DNA of 49,504 nucleotides from Chiloscyllium plagiosum (taxonomy: Eukaryota), in assembly GCF_004010195.1 (NCBI RefSeq), contig NC_057711.1:73365894-73415397 (forward strand), in the 5' to 3' direction. Shown here piece after piece: positions 24,885-37,285 of the stretch (its first letter is position 1; every line of letters starts with the position of its first letter). The notes under the pieces are model-generated. The model was not told the DNA's origin, did no database searches, and saw nothing but the letters and a program-made list of their open reading frames with translations. The translations under genes were made by a program, and so were the position numbers.

Positions 24885-25305
24885 AAACATTTCCCCTTCC
24901 CCCCACCTCACCCCAGTTCCAACCTTCCAGCTCAGCACTGTCCCCATGACTTGTTCTACCTGCCTATCTTCCTTTCCACCTATCCACTCCACCCTCCTCT
25001 CTGACCTATCACCTTCATCCCACCCATTGTACTCTTTGCTACCTTCCTCCACTCTCCTCCCTGACCTATCACCTTCATCCTTACTCCCACTCACCTATTG
25101 TACTCTATGCTACTTTCTCCCCACCCTCACCCTCCTCTCATTTATCTCTCCACCCTTCAGGCACTCTGCCTGTATTCCTGATGAAGGGCTTTTGCCCGAA
25201 ATGTCGATTTTCCTGCTCCTCGGATGCTGCCTGACAACTGCTGTGCTTTTCCAGCACCACTAAAACGGAATCTGGTTTCCAGTATCTGCAGTCATTGTTT
25301 TTACC
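24885..25305 (+). mobile_element. PLE-derived 3' fragment with pyrimidine-rich repeats and HHR
   Basis: CT-rich tandemly duplicated segment followed by the HHR motif and the family tail. Confidence 0.75.
25174..25209 (+). ncRNA. Minimal type I hammerhead ribozyme motif
   Basis: CUGAUGA-A-GGGC-UUUU-GCCC-GAAA-UGUC (GUC triplet; ACGU changed to AUGU by CpG decay). Confidence 0.68.
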
Positions 25306-25429
25306 TAATAAATCTTGGCCCACTCAAGCAATATTAATAAGGTGATTATACACTTACTATTGATACCATACAGTGATTTCAAACGCTACACCAAATGTAC
25401 AACTTCAAAAATTGTCAACATGTCAGCTT

Positions 25430-25830
25430 TGACCCAGCAGTCTGCCTCTACATTAGAGGTTGTGGGTTCACCAGAGGGATTTGACTAGATCATTTTGGCT
25501 AACACTCCAGCACAATACTGAGGGAATGTGACACAGTGGCACCTTTTGCAGAGGAGAATTAAAACATGATCCTGTATGGCCATTGTGGGAGATAGACAGG
25601 ATTCAATTGCAAACTTTTGGAGAAAAGCAAGGGAATTATCACTGGTGAGAAGTCAGTGTTCATCCCTCAACCACTATCATTAATGATTTTTTTTTAAAAA
25701 AAGTCAGATTATGGCTGTGGGACTTTACAACCCTCAAACTAATATTGTATATTCTACATTACAACTACACTTCTAAAGTGTTTATTGCCTGCAAAATTAA
25801 TTGGGATGTCCTGAAATCAAAATGTCTGCA
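25430..25830 (+). mobile_element. Old DeuSINE (SacSINE1-like)
   Basis: ACACTCCAG...TACTGAGGGA...ATCCCTCAAC...CTACATTACAACTACACTTC...TGGGATGTCCTGA. Confidence 0.62.
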
Positions 25831-26524
25831 GTCTCTTGTAAGTTCATTTCCAAGTGTTGTTATGTTTTTAAAGATTTCTCCCCCCGACCTCTGGGAGGCT
25901 GCAGGACCTCTTTCTTCCTCAGCACTGGTTACTGTTCCCAGTGACACTGGCGAACTGCCAACATTCTGATTGGGGCAAGAAAAGCAAAACCACCAGCAAC
26001 TGCTAATGAGCAGCCTCCCATTAAACGGAGGGGAGCGTGGGATCTGCTCGTCGGTAATGTGCATGTTGCTGACAAGCATTTCCTGCCATTGTCAGGGCTC
26101 AATCTGTTGGAAAATTCTGCCATTCTGTTTAGCTCGACTTACCCGTCACTTTCATTCCTATTTTAATTCACCAACACCACAGCATGAAAACACGCATCAG
26201 GCCAAGTGGAGAACTTTAGGATGATTTTAAAACATTACGTGTATGCAATATTATTAGTTCTAATGATCAGTGCATTCTCAAACAAACACTCAAAACAGAA
26301 CCAACCCTTTCACAGATGTTAATTTGCAGTTTTTTTTTCCATTATTAGATATCTCACATTATGAACAAGCACGTCAAACACATGTCTCTCTCACAAAACC
26401 CTGCAATTTAACTCACAATGTCACAAGAAGATTTGGTCTCAAATCGTAGGATAGATTCTCAACTCACTCTTTGAACTTATACTACCTTTAGAAATGAAAC
26501 ACATTTATTTTAATGGAATAGATT

Positions 26525-26695
26525 ATGTGGCACAAACATGGGACAAGAGTAGACCATTTGGCCCTGACAAGCCTGCTTTAATACAATCATGACTGATCTA
26601 ATTTTAACCTCAATTCTACATTACTGCAAATTTCCAATAATCTTTCATCCCATCGAAAAAGAAGAATGCATCTATCTTCACAATAAAAATATTAC
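26525..26695 (-). mobile_element. CR1 3' tail fragment
   Basis: GAGTAGACCATTTGGCCC...ATCATGACTGATC matches the other tails. Confidence 0.6.
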
Positions 26696-26699
26696 AAGT

Positions 26700-28245
26700 A
26701 AGGATGAAATGTTCAGCATTCACAATAATCTTCAGCCGGAAGTACTAAGTGGCTAATCCATCTCAGCCTCCCACAAAGGTACCCAGCATCACGGATACCA
26801 AGGCTTTGCCAATTCAATTCATTCCATGTGATATCAAGAAATGGTTAGAGACACTGGACAGTGCAAAGTCTTTGGGCCCTGACAACATTCTGTCAATAAA
26901 CGCTGAAGACTTGTGCTCTAGAATGCGCCACATACTGAGCCAAGTTGCTCTAGTCCAGCTACAACATTGGCATCGCCCAATCTGGAAAATTGCCAAGGTA
27001 TGTGCTGTGAACAAAAAGCAGGACAAATACAACTTGTCTAATTACTGCCCCATCAGTCTTCTCTCAATCATCTGGAAAGTGATGGAAAGTGTCATCAACA
27101 GTGCTATCAAGCAACATCTACTCAGCAATAACCTGCTCAGTGATGCTCAGTTTAGGTTCCACTAGGGCCACTCAGCTCCTGACTTCATTACAGTCTTGGC
27201 TCAAACATGGACAGAAGAGCTGAATTCCAGAGGTGAAGTCAGAATGACAGTCCTTGAAACCAAGCACACATTTGACTGCATGTGGCATTGAGGACCCGAA
27301 GCAAAACAACAGTCAATAGTAATCTGGGGAAAGCTCTCCATTGGTTGGAGTCACAACTGGCAAAAGAAAGATCCTTCTGGTTGTTGGAGGTCAGTCATAT
27401 CAGTTTCAGGACTTCTCTGCAGGAGTTCCTCAGGGTAGTGTCCTAGGACCAACCATCTTCACCTTTATCTTCCCACCATCAGAAGGTCAGAATTAAGGAT
27501 GCAAGTTGATGATTTCACGATGTCAGCACAATTTGTGACTCCTCAGATCCTAAAACAATCCATGCACAAATGGAGACTATCCAGGCTTGGGCTGATATAT
27601 GGCATGTGATATTTGTGCCACACAAATTTCATAATAAAAATCAAAACATCACCCTTGACATTTAACAGAATTATTATCACCGAATTCCACCTCCAACCAC
27701 CACCACCACTATTTCCCCCCCACCCCCCGCCGTCAATACATGGGAATGTCATCACCTGCAAGTTCCCATCCAAGCCACAGACCAACCATTCCTTTGTTAT
27801 TACTGGATCAACATCTTGGGTCCTCCTTCCTAACACCACTGTTGTGCCCAAGGACTTGAAACCCTTCTCCTGTTCAAGGCGGCAGCTCAGTACCACCTTT
27901 TCCAGTTCATTTAAAGATGGGCAATAATCTATCTACAAGATGCATTGCTTCTTCCATACATTTCAATCTCACGACTTCTACCAAGTTGAAGGACAAGGGC
28001 AGGACAAGCATGGAGACACCATGTGCCAGGAACCCACTAAACTACATACCATCCTGATTATGAACATCAATAGTGTTGGGTGAAAATCTTTCTATACCTC
28101 CCTTCCTAGCTGCACTAGGAGTATCCCAACACCCCAAAGACTGCAATGATTTAGAAGACAGTTCATCACCACTTTCTCCGAAAGTAATTAGGATGAGGAA
28201 ATGCTGGCCTGGCTGGTGCTGCTCACATTCCATGAATGGATTAAA
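26700..28245 (+). mobile_element. Old CR1-like LINE ORF2 (RT) remnant with 3' UTR pieces
   Basis: KSLGPDNI, NYCPISLLSIIWKVMESVIN...QFRF (ORF 26749..27165); GVPQGSVLGP at ~27422. Confidence 0.85.
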
Positions 28246-28554
28246 AAGTAAAATATACAGAATCTTGAGCATTTTAAATATGCCCTGATAAAATAATTTA
28301 TCAAAATAATTGCATTTTAAACAGGTATTCATTTCTCATTTTTAAAAAAGTTAATTACTTCCAAAAATGACTTCTTATAGAGGTCGATATTAACATATGC
28401 TGCGACCTACTATATATAATCACAAAGTTTAAAAGTAGCATTACAGAACAACCCAAAAGTGGTGAAAAAGCCGAAGAAAACTTTAGTTTTAAAAATGAAA
28501 CTGCAGACATGGCAGCTTCTGACAAATTACAACAAAGCGAACGAAACACAGGGG

Positions 28555-28960
28555 AACAGTTGTTACTAGTAATCCAAGGACCAGGAATAAAGCTCTGGAG
28601 ACAAATGTCTAAATCCCACACAGCAGGTGGTAGAATTTAAGTTCAATGTTTAAGTGTAGAAATCAAAAAAAAGTCTTAGTAAAGTTCATGACTTTGCTAG
28701 CTTGCTATAAACAAAACATCTGCTTCAATAATATCCATTAGAAAATTTATCAGCTTTCATAGCATGGTCTACCCAAAATTTTATCTCAGACACACTATGT
28801 GATTGAATCTTATCACCAATCCCTTGCTGTCACAAGATCAACATTTTGGGTCCTCCTTCTTAACAGCACTATGTAAATCCGTGTGCCCAAGGACTTGAAT
28901 TCTTCTTCTGTTCAAGAAGGCAGCTCACTACCACCTTCTCCAGTTCATTATGGATGGTTG
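28555..28960 (+). mobile_element. Degenerate SINE (second family) plus LINE 3' UTR piece
   Basis: 28555-28800 resembles 21410-21660; 28835-28960 resembles 27803-27927. Confidence 0.55.
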
Positions 28961-29155
28961 GTAAGTCTCAGTTATACCAAACTAACATTAGAAACTTGTG
29001 CCAAAATAGAAGGAGCTGTTCCATTGACTCATCTAAACAAATTAAGTCATTATACACACCAAATCAAACCTCACTATCAATGTCTTAGGATAGAACCTTG
29101 TATTCTCCCCCTCATGACACTTTTGTTGGCAAGGGGAATTAAATTAGGAGTACGG

Positions 29156-32100
29156 TGTCATGTTAATGACAATGGTTGAATAATCAAATCACTCATCAGG
29201 GGTTGGATAACTTCATGGGCTAGTATGTTCAAAACAGTAAAATTAATTTTAAGTTATGAAGCAGGCATTAAAGAAAGCTAACTGAATTAAATTTGTGCAG
29301 CTTGCAGACACATAGACCAATTGCTAGGCAGAATCACAGCACTCTATGCACACAGCAAGTGGAGCCCTTATAAAGTGAGTAATCTTAAAGGCAAGATACA
29401 TGTACAATGATCCTCCTTTCCAAAGGTGTAATTATTTACAATAACAAGTAAGCCTAGAAATCTCTATAACATAAAGGTTGTCATTTTCAGATATGTCCAG
29501 ATATTGACTTGGTCTGGAGGTGCCAATGATTGTCCACAGTCATCAGTGATATTGCCTGTTGATCCTATTCAGTATCTTGCACAAAATGCTCCAGGATTGC
29601 AGGACAGTTGGGAAACTGGAATAGGTTTGATTTTGTCATTGGTGTGATCACCATTTCACTGTTGTGTATGGAGTTTATACAATGTTAGTTCCGAGCGTAT
29701 TCACATCACCTCAACTGGTTGCCAGTACCTTCTCTGCGACCCTGAATGTAAACATATTATCACACTTGTCATTTTGACAAGTCTACCTGCATTCATATCT
29801 TATATGTTGGTCATCTTATCTTGCAGTTTTAAAAACTACTCTTGATTTCAAAGGTACATTTTTGATATGAGTTGGTAAATTGGTGTGCACTGGTCAGTTA
29901 AACATGGTCACTGCCGATGATGGAATAATTCTTTGCAGAGGCGATGCTTTTCAAATGTAACAATTCCGTATCACTTCCATGGATGTGATATGATATTGCG
30001 ATCTTGGATTAACGATAGGTAAGAATTTCATTAGAAAGCAATGATTCTTTGCACATGCTCGTAGCAGGCCTTACAGTTCTTAGCAATGATATTGAAATCC
30101 ATGTTAATTCATAGTCAATATGCTAATACATATTGACGCTCTTGTGAGTCTTCTTTTCTGATCCATGCTGATGTTACTCACAAAGTTGTTGAAGAAAATA
30201 AGGGTGAAACATTCTGGTGTGATAAACTACCTGCCTTCCTTTAAAAAACAAACTTTTCTCAACACATCTAGCTAATACTGAGAAGACCAATATGGTCTTG
30301 TGTGTCCTTGACAATGCTGAATTGAATCAGTTCATCCTTCAATGTTTCAGTTTCTGCAGAGTGGAATCTTTTGGCATATTTTGTATTGGCTGCTGGCATT
30401 TGCACGGTTTAAAATGTAACAGGTCAATTTGGAGAACATCTTAAAGTTTGATATAAATTTGAGAAAATTTGTAGAGCTTAAGAATATAGTTCTGTTTTCA
30501 TTAGGTTGTGTAGTTTGCTAAGTGCTCAGTCCTTTGAGTATAGGGATTGGGACGTTATGTTGAGGTTATACAGGACATTGGTGAGGTTGCTTCCTGAATA
30601 CGGTGTCCAGTTCTGGTCAGCCCGTTATAAGGAGGATATTGTTAAGCTGGGGAGGGTTCAGGGAGATTTACCAGGAAGTTGCTAGGTATGCAAGGTTGGA
30701 GTTATAAAGAAAGGCTGGTTGGGCTGGGAGTTTTTTTCACTTGAGCATAGGAGATCGACAGGTGACCTGAAAGAAGTTTATAAAATAATGAGAGGTATAG
30801 GAAGAGTTAATGGTAGTTGTCTTTTTCCCAAGATGTGGAATTTCAAGACTAAGGGCCACATTAAAGTGAGCAGTGAGTGATTTTTAAAGACATAAGAGGT
30901 CTTTTTTTTTTAAAAAGACCACAGAGAGCAGTTTGTGTGTAGAAAGACCTTCCCGAGGAATTGGTGGATGTGGGTACAATTATGTTGAAACGATATTTGG
31001 ATGGATTCATGAATAGGAAAGGTTTGGAGGGATATGGGCTAGGAACAGGCAGGTGGGACTTGTTTACTTTGAGATTACGTTCAGTGTGGACTGATTGGAC
31101 TGAAGGGTCTGTTTCCGTGCTGTATATCTCTATGACTCCATATGACCATGTCACACCTATAACCTTGGCTCTTTATCACTGCAATCTTTGCAGTGCAATG
31201 GTCAATTTTTTTTTTGGCCACACTGATTGCAATGATTTGTGGTTTGTCTCTTAGAAAAATCATTTTGCCAAATAGATAGGTACAACTTTCAAAACTCCCC
31301 ATCTTGATTTGGCATTTCTGACTTCTATTTTACTTAGGCCCTCAGTGGAAGATATAATGTTGAGAAAGTTGCTCTTTGACACTTTGTTGTGACATTTCTG
31401 ACTGCTGAACAGCAGTCATTCACTGTGTGTTGCTTGCATCACTTAATGCAGACTGTGGTCTTGTCCTTGCTTTGTTTTTCCTGCCACAGCAATGTCATCA
31501 GCGAGACAGATGTATCCTGTTAGAATAAGTGTAATGTAGTCCCTGTAGGCTTGAAAGAAATCCTAGCAAAAACATAGCCCAAAGGGAGGTAGTTGAAAAC
31601 AGTATTGTCTGAATGGGGTCCAGAATGTAGTAAGTTTGAGACTCTTCAAAAAAAACATTGGCCAGTAACTGTATGTGCCAACCTTAGAGAAGAGTTTCAC
31701 ACTTACAAATCTTCTCAAGTTCTTATAAAGTATGTATTTTGTAAGGGCACCATTCCAAAGCTGCAATCAGGCCTCGTGGATCAAGACATACTCTCAGAAG
31801 ATTCATCCTTATGTTGCAGTTTTTTTGTTGGTGTATTCCTGTACTCTTAACCCTGCATTGTTTGATCCTTTTAATTTGCCTTCCAAGGAGATATTGAACG
31901 TAGGTGGTGAGTCAATGTTCTCCTTTAGCTGCGATCCTGTAGCTCCCTTGAAATGACTAATTTTCTCAAAGCATTCTAGATATTTCAATGTAAGGTCAAG
32001 ACTTAAAGTAACAGGTGAAGTTTGGGAGGTAAGCTCCAGGGATTGTTACCAGTGCTAGGTCACAGCATACTCTGCAGTTGTTGCTCCAGCTGTGTTAATG

Positions 32101-33188
32101 TGATGTGATGTGATGTTCAGTCAGACTGATTGTACTCTTAGTCCAGCACTATTGGTGTGGAATTGGTAAACTGCTGTATGCCAAAGATTTTACATTATTT
32201 GGCTCCACCATGGCTGTCCATGTCTGTTTGTACATACTTAGAATTTGCAGGGGGCTGTACATTATTACTGACCCCCATGAATTTTGTTTGGAGGAGAGAT
32301 AATTTGCATTTTGCAAACACTTTAGATGGTGTAATAACATTGATGTTTTCCCTGAGACTAACAGAGCAAAACACATGTTACTGCTTTCTGACTTGTTGTG
32401 TACATCATCAGTTTCTGGTTTGCCAATCACTTCACGTATATGCATCTGACGAGATACCAGATGGTCTTCATCGTAGCTTGAAGATACTTCTTGTGCACAC
32501 AGTCTGTTTGGGTCAGTACACAGCTCTTTGTAGCTGTAATAGCCTTCACTCTAGAGCACTGCATTTGCCAATTATCTTTTCTGTCACATGCCTTGCAAAA
32601 TTGATCAAAAGCTGGGCATTTCCTTGCACATGCAGAAGGTCACACCACCTACATGTCTTGCTATATTTGAGTGTACTTGTTTGTAACAAATGTCAAGTTA
32701 TACTTTGGTCATGTAAGCTTCTTTAACCTGAAAAAATTGTTGCAGATTAATATCCACCCCTCAGCAGCTCTTTTGCGCTACAGGTCTTCGATTTGTCTCA
32801 TATCTTTCTGGAATACTATAATACAGATGTATTTACTTCAGTATGATTTAAGATTCTTGAACATTGTGTTCTACCTGTTCATCACTTGCCCAATGTGCCT
32901 CATCTATATAAATGTTTTCCCACTGCCGTTCACCATTTCATGGTAATGACAATGGTCTAATAATCAAATGACTCATCAAGGATTAACTCCATAGGTTTGT
33001 TTACTATTAAAGCACATTATGAGTTATGAAGCAGTCATTGCACCAAACCTACTGAGGTCTGTGTGTGCAGCTTGCAGAGTGTTAGTGGATTAATAACCAG
33101 GCAGGATTGCAAAATTGCATACCCTCAGCACCTGGAGCTCTTAAAAGTGAGCTCTCTTCAAGTCAAGGTACACATGTAACATATGACA
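29156..33188 (-). mobile_element. Old Ty3/Gypsy LTR retrotransposon (Mag-like double knuckle), decayed
   Basis: Diverged direct repeats 29156-29410 and 32937-33188 (TGTCAT...ATGACA); minus-strand TGG-starting PBS-like site at ~32920-32936; PPT GGAAAGGAGGA at 29411-29421; gag CRWCDLLH...KCPAFDQFCKAC at ~32555-32655; integrase INMDFNIIAKNCKAC at ~30063-30110. Confidence 0.8.
30500..31140 (+). mobile_element. CR1 (HER1-like) 3' fragment nested in the Gypsy element
   Basis: ORF 30961 LKRYLDGFMNRKGLEGYG; 3' UTR as at 3050-3118. Confidence 0.88.
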
Positions 33189-33304
33189 ACTTTCCATGAC
33201 AAACCTCATTAAGTCCTGATTTGGAGATGCCCATGTTGGACTGGGGTGTACAAAGTTAAAAATCACACAACACCAGATTATAGTCCAACAGGTTTAATTG
33301 GAAG

Positions 33305-33339
33305 CACTAGCTTTCAGAGCGCTGCTCCTTCATCAGGTG
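33305..33339 (-). ncRNA. Minimal type I hammerhead ribozyme motif, intact core
   Basis: CAC-CUGAUGA-A-GGAGC-AGC-GCUCU-GAAA-GCUA-GUG on the minus strand. Confidence 0.75.
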
Positions 33340-33877
33340 GTTGTAGAATACAATATTGTAAGACAGAATTTATAGCAAAAGTTTACTGTGTGATGTAACT
33401 GAAATTATACATTGAAAAATACCTTGATTGTTTGTTAAGTTTCTCATCTGTTAGATTGGCCAGGTTAGTTTCACTTCTTTCATATGTAAATCACAAGACT
33501 TTATTTAAAAGTTACATTCACAGATTAACTTTAACAATTGGTGTCAGCACAGATAATGTGCTGAAGGTGTTTGCCCCGGTGTGCTGTTGTCTGTGCCATA
33601 ATGTTTAGACTGATTCTAATCTAAAAAATGAGTTAACAGAGTCTTACATGGATTCATGCAGTTTTTGAGCAAAGTACAATGTAACTCTGCAAGTACAAAT
33701 TCACCCCACGAACGTATATGTGTATGCGTGTATGTATGAAGTGAAACTAGCCTGACCAATCTAACAGATGAGAGACTTAACAAACAGTCAAGGTATTTTT
33801 CAATGTATAATTTCAGTTACATCTCACTGTAAACTTTTGCTACAAATTCGGTGTCTTACAATTGTGTACTCCACAAC

Positions 33878-33912
33878 CACCTGATGAAGGAGCAGTGCTC
33901 CGAAAGCTAGTG
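33878..33912 (+). ncRNA. Minimal type I hammerhead ribozyme motif, intact core
   Basis: CAC-CUGAUGA-A-GGAGC-AGU-GCUCC-GAAA-GCUA-GUG; palindromic AGCU stem III; CUA triplet; stem I CAC/GUG. Confidence 0.8.
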
Positions 33913-35515
33913 CTTTCGATTAAATTTGTTGGACCGTAACCTGGTGTCGTGTGATTTTTAACTCATTAAGTTAATTGCTGGAAGACCTGTAATTGACTTC
34001 CTGCCTGTCTGCCAAATTAAGTCCTATAGTAAAACTTCCACGCACAGGCTGTTATGGAAGGGATATAAATTCTGGTCTTGCTCGTGATACTCAAGTCCTT
34101 TAAATGTGCAGAATATAATTTTTTTTTAAAAAGCTACAAGGAAATGAAGAGGATAGAAAAGAAGGAAATACTGAATTTCATGGCCACATACTTCTTAACG
34201 TTTGAATGATTATTGGTATTATGTAAACAATTGAAAGCTTATAATAATTGGAAAACAATAATGCATTCATCATGTAACCATATTTAATTGTGCACAGTCA
34301 TTATCAAAATTTATTTAAAATTGTCCAGAGGAGATTTTGTTTGAAAAAGTACCCTGTATATATTACAAAGAATTTATATAATTTCAAATGTATAAATCTG
34401 AAATTTGCTTTTGCAGTTTATGACAGCATGTGATTAAATGGATGCCTTGTAATGATGTGTAGATAGCTTCCTCCATAGAACAGGATAAAGACTATTTTAA
34501 TCTATCAAATTATAAATTTTAGCTTAATGATTATAGATCATAAGTTTAAGATTTGTACTTATTTATAACTTCACTCACAATTTGGTTTGCTTTTAAAAGT
34601 GTAATGCAAATAAGAACACTTCTCTGCACCGGAGTTTTCCAGACTACCCTGTAATTTGACAGAATAATTTGGCCCTATTAGTTGCATATTTTAAGGAATG
34701 CCAATCTTGTCAACATTTGTTGTTCTATAAAGTGGTTTTGCTTAAATTCCTCTGTTTGTTGTAGTGATCTACATATACATCTGCTCAGAGAGAGGATCAG
34801 CGCTTTAACAATAGGATTTTTGTCCTCAAACTGAATAATATAACCACACTGGTGGCTTCTTGATTGTGGTCTAATGCAAACTGAAATAAATAACTCAACA
34901 AAAATAAAAAGAAAAAAAATCCAATAGCTTGAACCTTTGAGTTACAGGCTTCAACTCTGTGGTTCAGTCGAGATTTGGGACAATTGATTTCCCAGTTAAT
35001 GGAGACATTAAAAAGCATTAGAGTAATGTAACATCTTATTTTACAGTTCTCCCAGCTTAAATAATTGCTGCAAGATGCGATATATTTTGCTTTCCAAATG
35101 AGACTGTAAAAATCAATTATAAATGTAGTTTTACTGCACATGGTTTAAAAATGTTGTTACATTGAAACCTATCAAAGAATGTTCGATAATTGAATCACAG
35201 CTAATATAAATATGTTGTTGCCTGAATAACAGCAAACATTAGCCATTCAAATATTATCTTCTGTCAATATTAAACTTAGCCAGCATCAAATGCCAACAAA
35301 TAAATGTTGAATCTGTACCAAATAGTCTCAACTGTTTTTTTTTCTGGATTAAGCAGCACTATATCTGTTTTATGCAAAACATGTCTCTTTTATATTTAGA
35401 AATTTTTCCTTTGGATGCCTCCTTAATTCATTTGAAAGATGAGCAAAGAAACTGAACAAAGAATGGTGAAAATATTGTACATTTGAGATTTCTGCTGTCA
35501 TATGATTCCAATAAC

Positions 35516-36226
35516 AATGGATAAAAGCTTTATGTCTTTGATATTATGATTAAAAGTAAAGCTGCCATAGTCCTACCAGAACAGAGGGCTACTCTCATTA
35601 GAGAGACACGACTGGTGGTGGTTCAACCTGTGCGTCACCATGCCTCAGGTGAGGGGACAAGGCCCTGACATTTCGAAAGATGGGCTGTGGCTTTAAAAAT
35701 GGCAGGCGAGACCTGATACAGATATTCCACATCACATTTTTGATTCGGATAATTTTGACTAGTGCCCAATAATAAAAAAAAAGAGTAGGGCCTGTGCACA
35801 ATACTGCAGTTTCTGCCGTATCAATAGTGTGGGCCAGAATTTCAAGTGCCCCCACAATTTTGATAAGTCAGACTCATTCTGTTAGTAGACATGGTTCCTG
35901 TCACCTCCAAGTAATTGCAAACCATGGCGGATCCCCAAATCTTGAAATCAGGAACCAAAGAAAAAGCCACATTCCTTCAAATGCATCGCATCCTTTACCT
36001 TCTTAGAAATCTGCCCAATCATAATCACTGGCTGAGGTTACCATGAAGGACTTGCCTTCTCAACTTCTCCCCTCATCTAGGCATGGCGACCCTCAGGCTG
36101 AACCACCACTCGTGTTTCTCTCTCTCTCTCTCTCTCTCTAATGAGAGTAGCAGCCCTCTGTTCTGGTAGGATTATGGCGACTTTACCTTTACTCATAATA
36201 TCAATGACATAAAGCTTTTATCCATT
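35516..36226. repeat. Inverted repeat pair (~150 bp arms) made of SINE-like tails plus shared flank
   Basis: AATGGATAAAAGCTTTATGTCTTTGATATTATGA... at 35516 versus ...TCATAATATCAATGACATAAAGCTTTTATCCATT ending at 36226. Confidence 0.85.
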
Positions 36227-36269
36227 TCACACCTCCTCATATGTAAACAAGCACACAGACATTGAAAAA

Positions 36270-36948
36270 CCATACAGAATTTAAGAGCGTAAGAACTAGA
36301 GCAGAAATGGGCAATTCACCTCTCATAGGCAAAAGTGAGGACTGCAGATGCTGGAGATTAGAATCTAGAGTGTGGTGCTGGAAAAGCACAGCAGGTCAGG
36401 CAACATCTGAGGAGCAGGAGAATCGACATTTAGGCATAAGCTCTTCACCTCTCATGCCTGCCCTGCCATTGAATACCATCGTGGTTGATCTCATCTCATC
36501 CTCAATTCCAATTTCCTGCCCACTCCCCATTACTTGTTAATTCACTACTAATTGAATTAATTTAAGGAGAAGATAGATTTTTAGTGTCCCAAGGTCCACC
36601 ACACTCCGGAGTAGTGAAACCACAGATTCTGGACCCTTTTGGGAGAAGTAATCCCTCCTCATCACAGTCTTTAATCTTCCACCCCTTAGCAATAAACTAT
36701 TATCTCTTTTCTCGACTATCCCATAAGGGGAAATATCCAGCCTATATTTATTTTGTCAATTCACTTTATCATCTTATATATTTCAATTAGATCGTCTCTC
36801 ATTCTTGGGTTTCAGCAAGTTTGTCTAAACTACATAATTTTTCATAAGACAACTCTTCCATCTCTAGAATTAACATAGTGAGCTTTCTCTGAACTGTCTG
36901 CAATGAAATCCTCAAGTATGGGGACTAAAACTGTATGCAGTACTCCAA
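36270..36948 (-). mobile_element. Old CR1 3' fragment carrying a PLE mini-element
   Basis: Tail and decayed ORF2 similar to 14864-15546. Confidence 0.75.
36327..36446 (-). mobile_element. PLE-derived mini-element, truncated in the HHR core
   Basis: 12-bp direct repeat TTCACCTCTCAT (36315-36326, 36444-36455); reverse complement of the 22280-22400 family. Confidence 0.8.
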
Positions 36949-36951
36949 TTG

Positions 36952-37285
36952 CATAGAATCCCCAAACAATGTGGAAGTAGGCCATTCAGCCCATCAAGTC
37001 CACACCGACTGACCCTCCAAAGCATCCCAGCCAGACCAACCCCCTTACCCTATCCCTGTATTTCCCCATGGCTAATCCACCTAGCCTGCACATCCCTAGA
37101 CACTATGGGCAATTTAGCATGGCCAATCCATCTAACCTGCACAGCTTTGTGACTGACCGCAGGAAACCTACACAGACATGTGGAGAATGTACAAACTTCA
37201 CACAAACAGAGACCCAAATTTGGAATTGAACCCAGGTTCCTTGTACTGTGATGCAGCAGCGCTAACCACTGAGCCACCATGCCAT
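36952..37285 (-). mobile_element. HE1-like SINE, full length
   Basis: Minus-strand A box TGGCTCAGTGGTTAG and B box GGTTCAATTCC; CR1-like tail. Confidence 0.88.

Larger units (their letters stand above)
33215..33961. mobile_element. Palindromic non-autonomous PLE derivative with two HHR motifs
   Basis: Arms ~33254-33483 and ~33735-33961 are reverse complements; 10-bp direct repeat CTCATTAAGT (33205-33214, 33962-33971); ~38-nt extra tail on the left only. Confidence 0.88.

Noticed and set aside
24940..25110. Repeated CTGACCTATCACCTTCATCC units as a CRISPR-like array
   Set aside because: Two low-complexity tandem copies within a PLE 3' region in a vertebrate context; no spacers.
26144..26156. 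ATGAAAGTGACGG (MKVT) recalls the PARD3 N-terminus MKVTV
   Set aside because: The next residues (CFGRT...) are absent and a splice donor follows at once; four residues are not evidence.
32157..32726. 189-aa plus-strand ORF
   Set aside because: Antisense to the decayed gag/protease of the minus-strand Gypsy element; no recognisable protein features.
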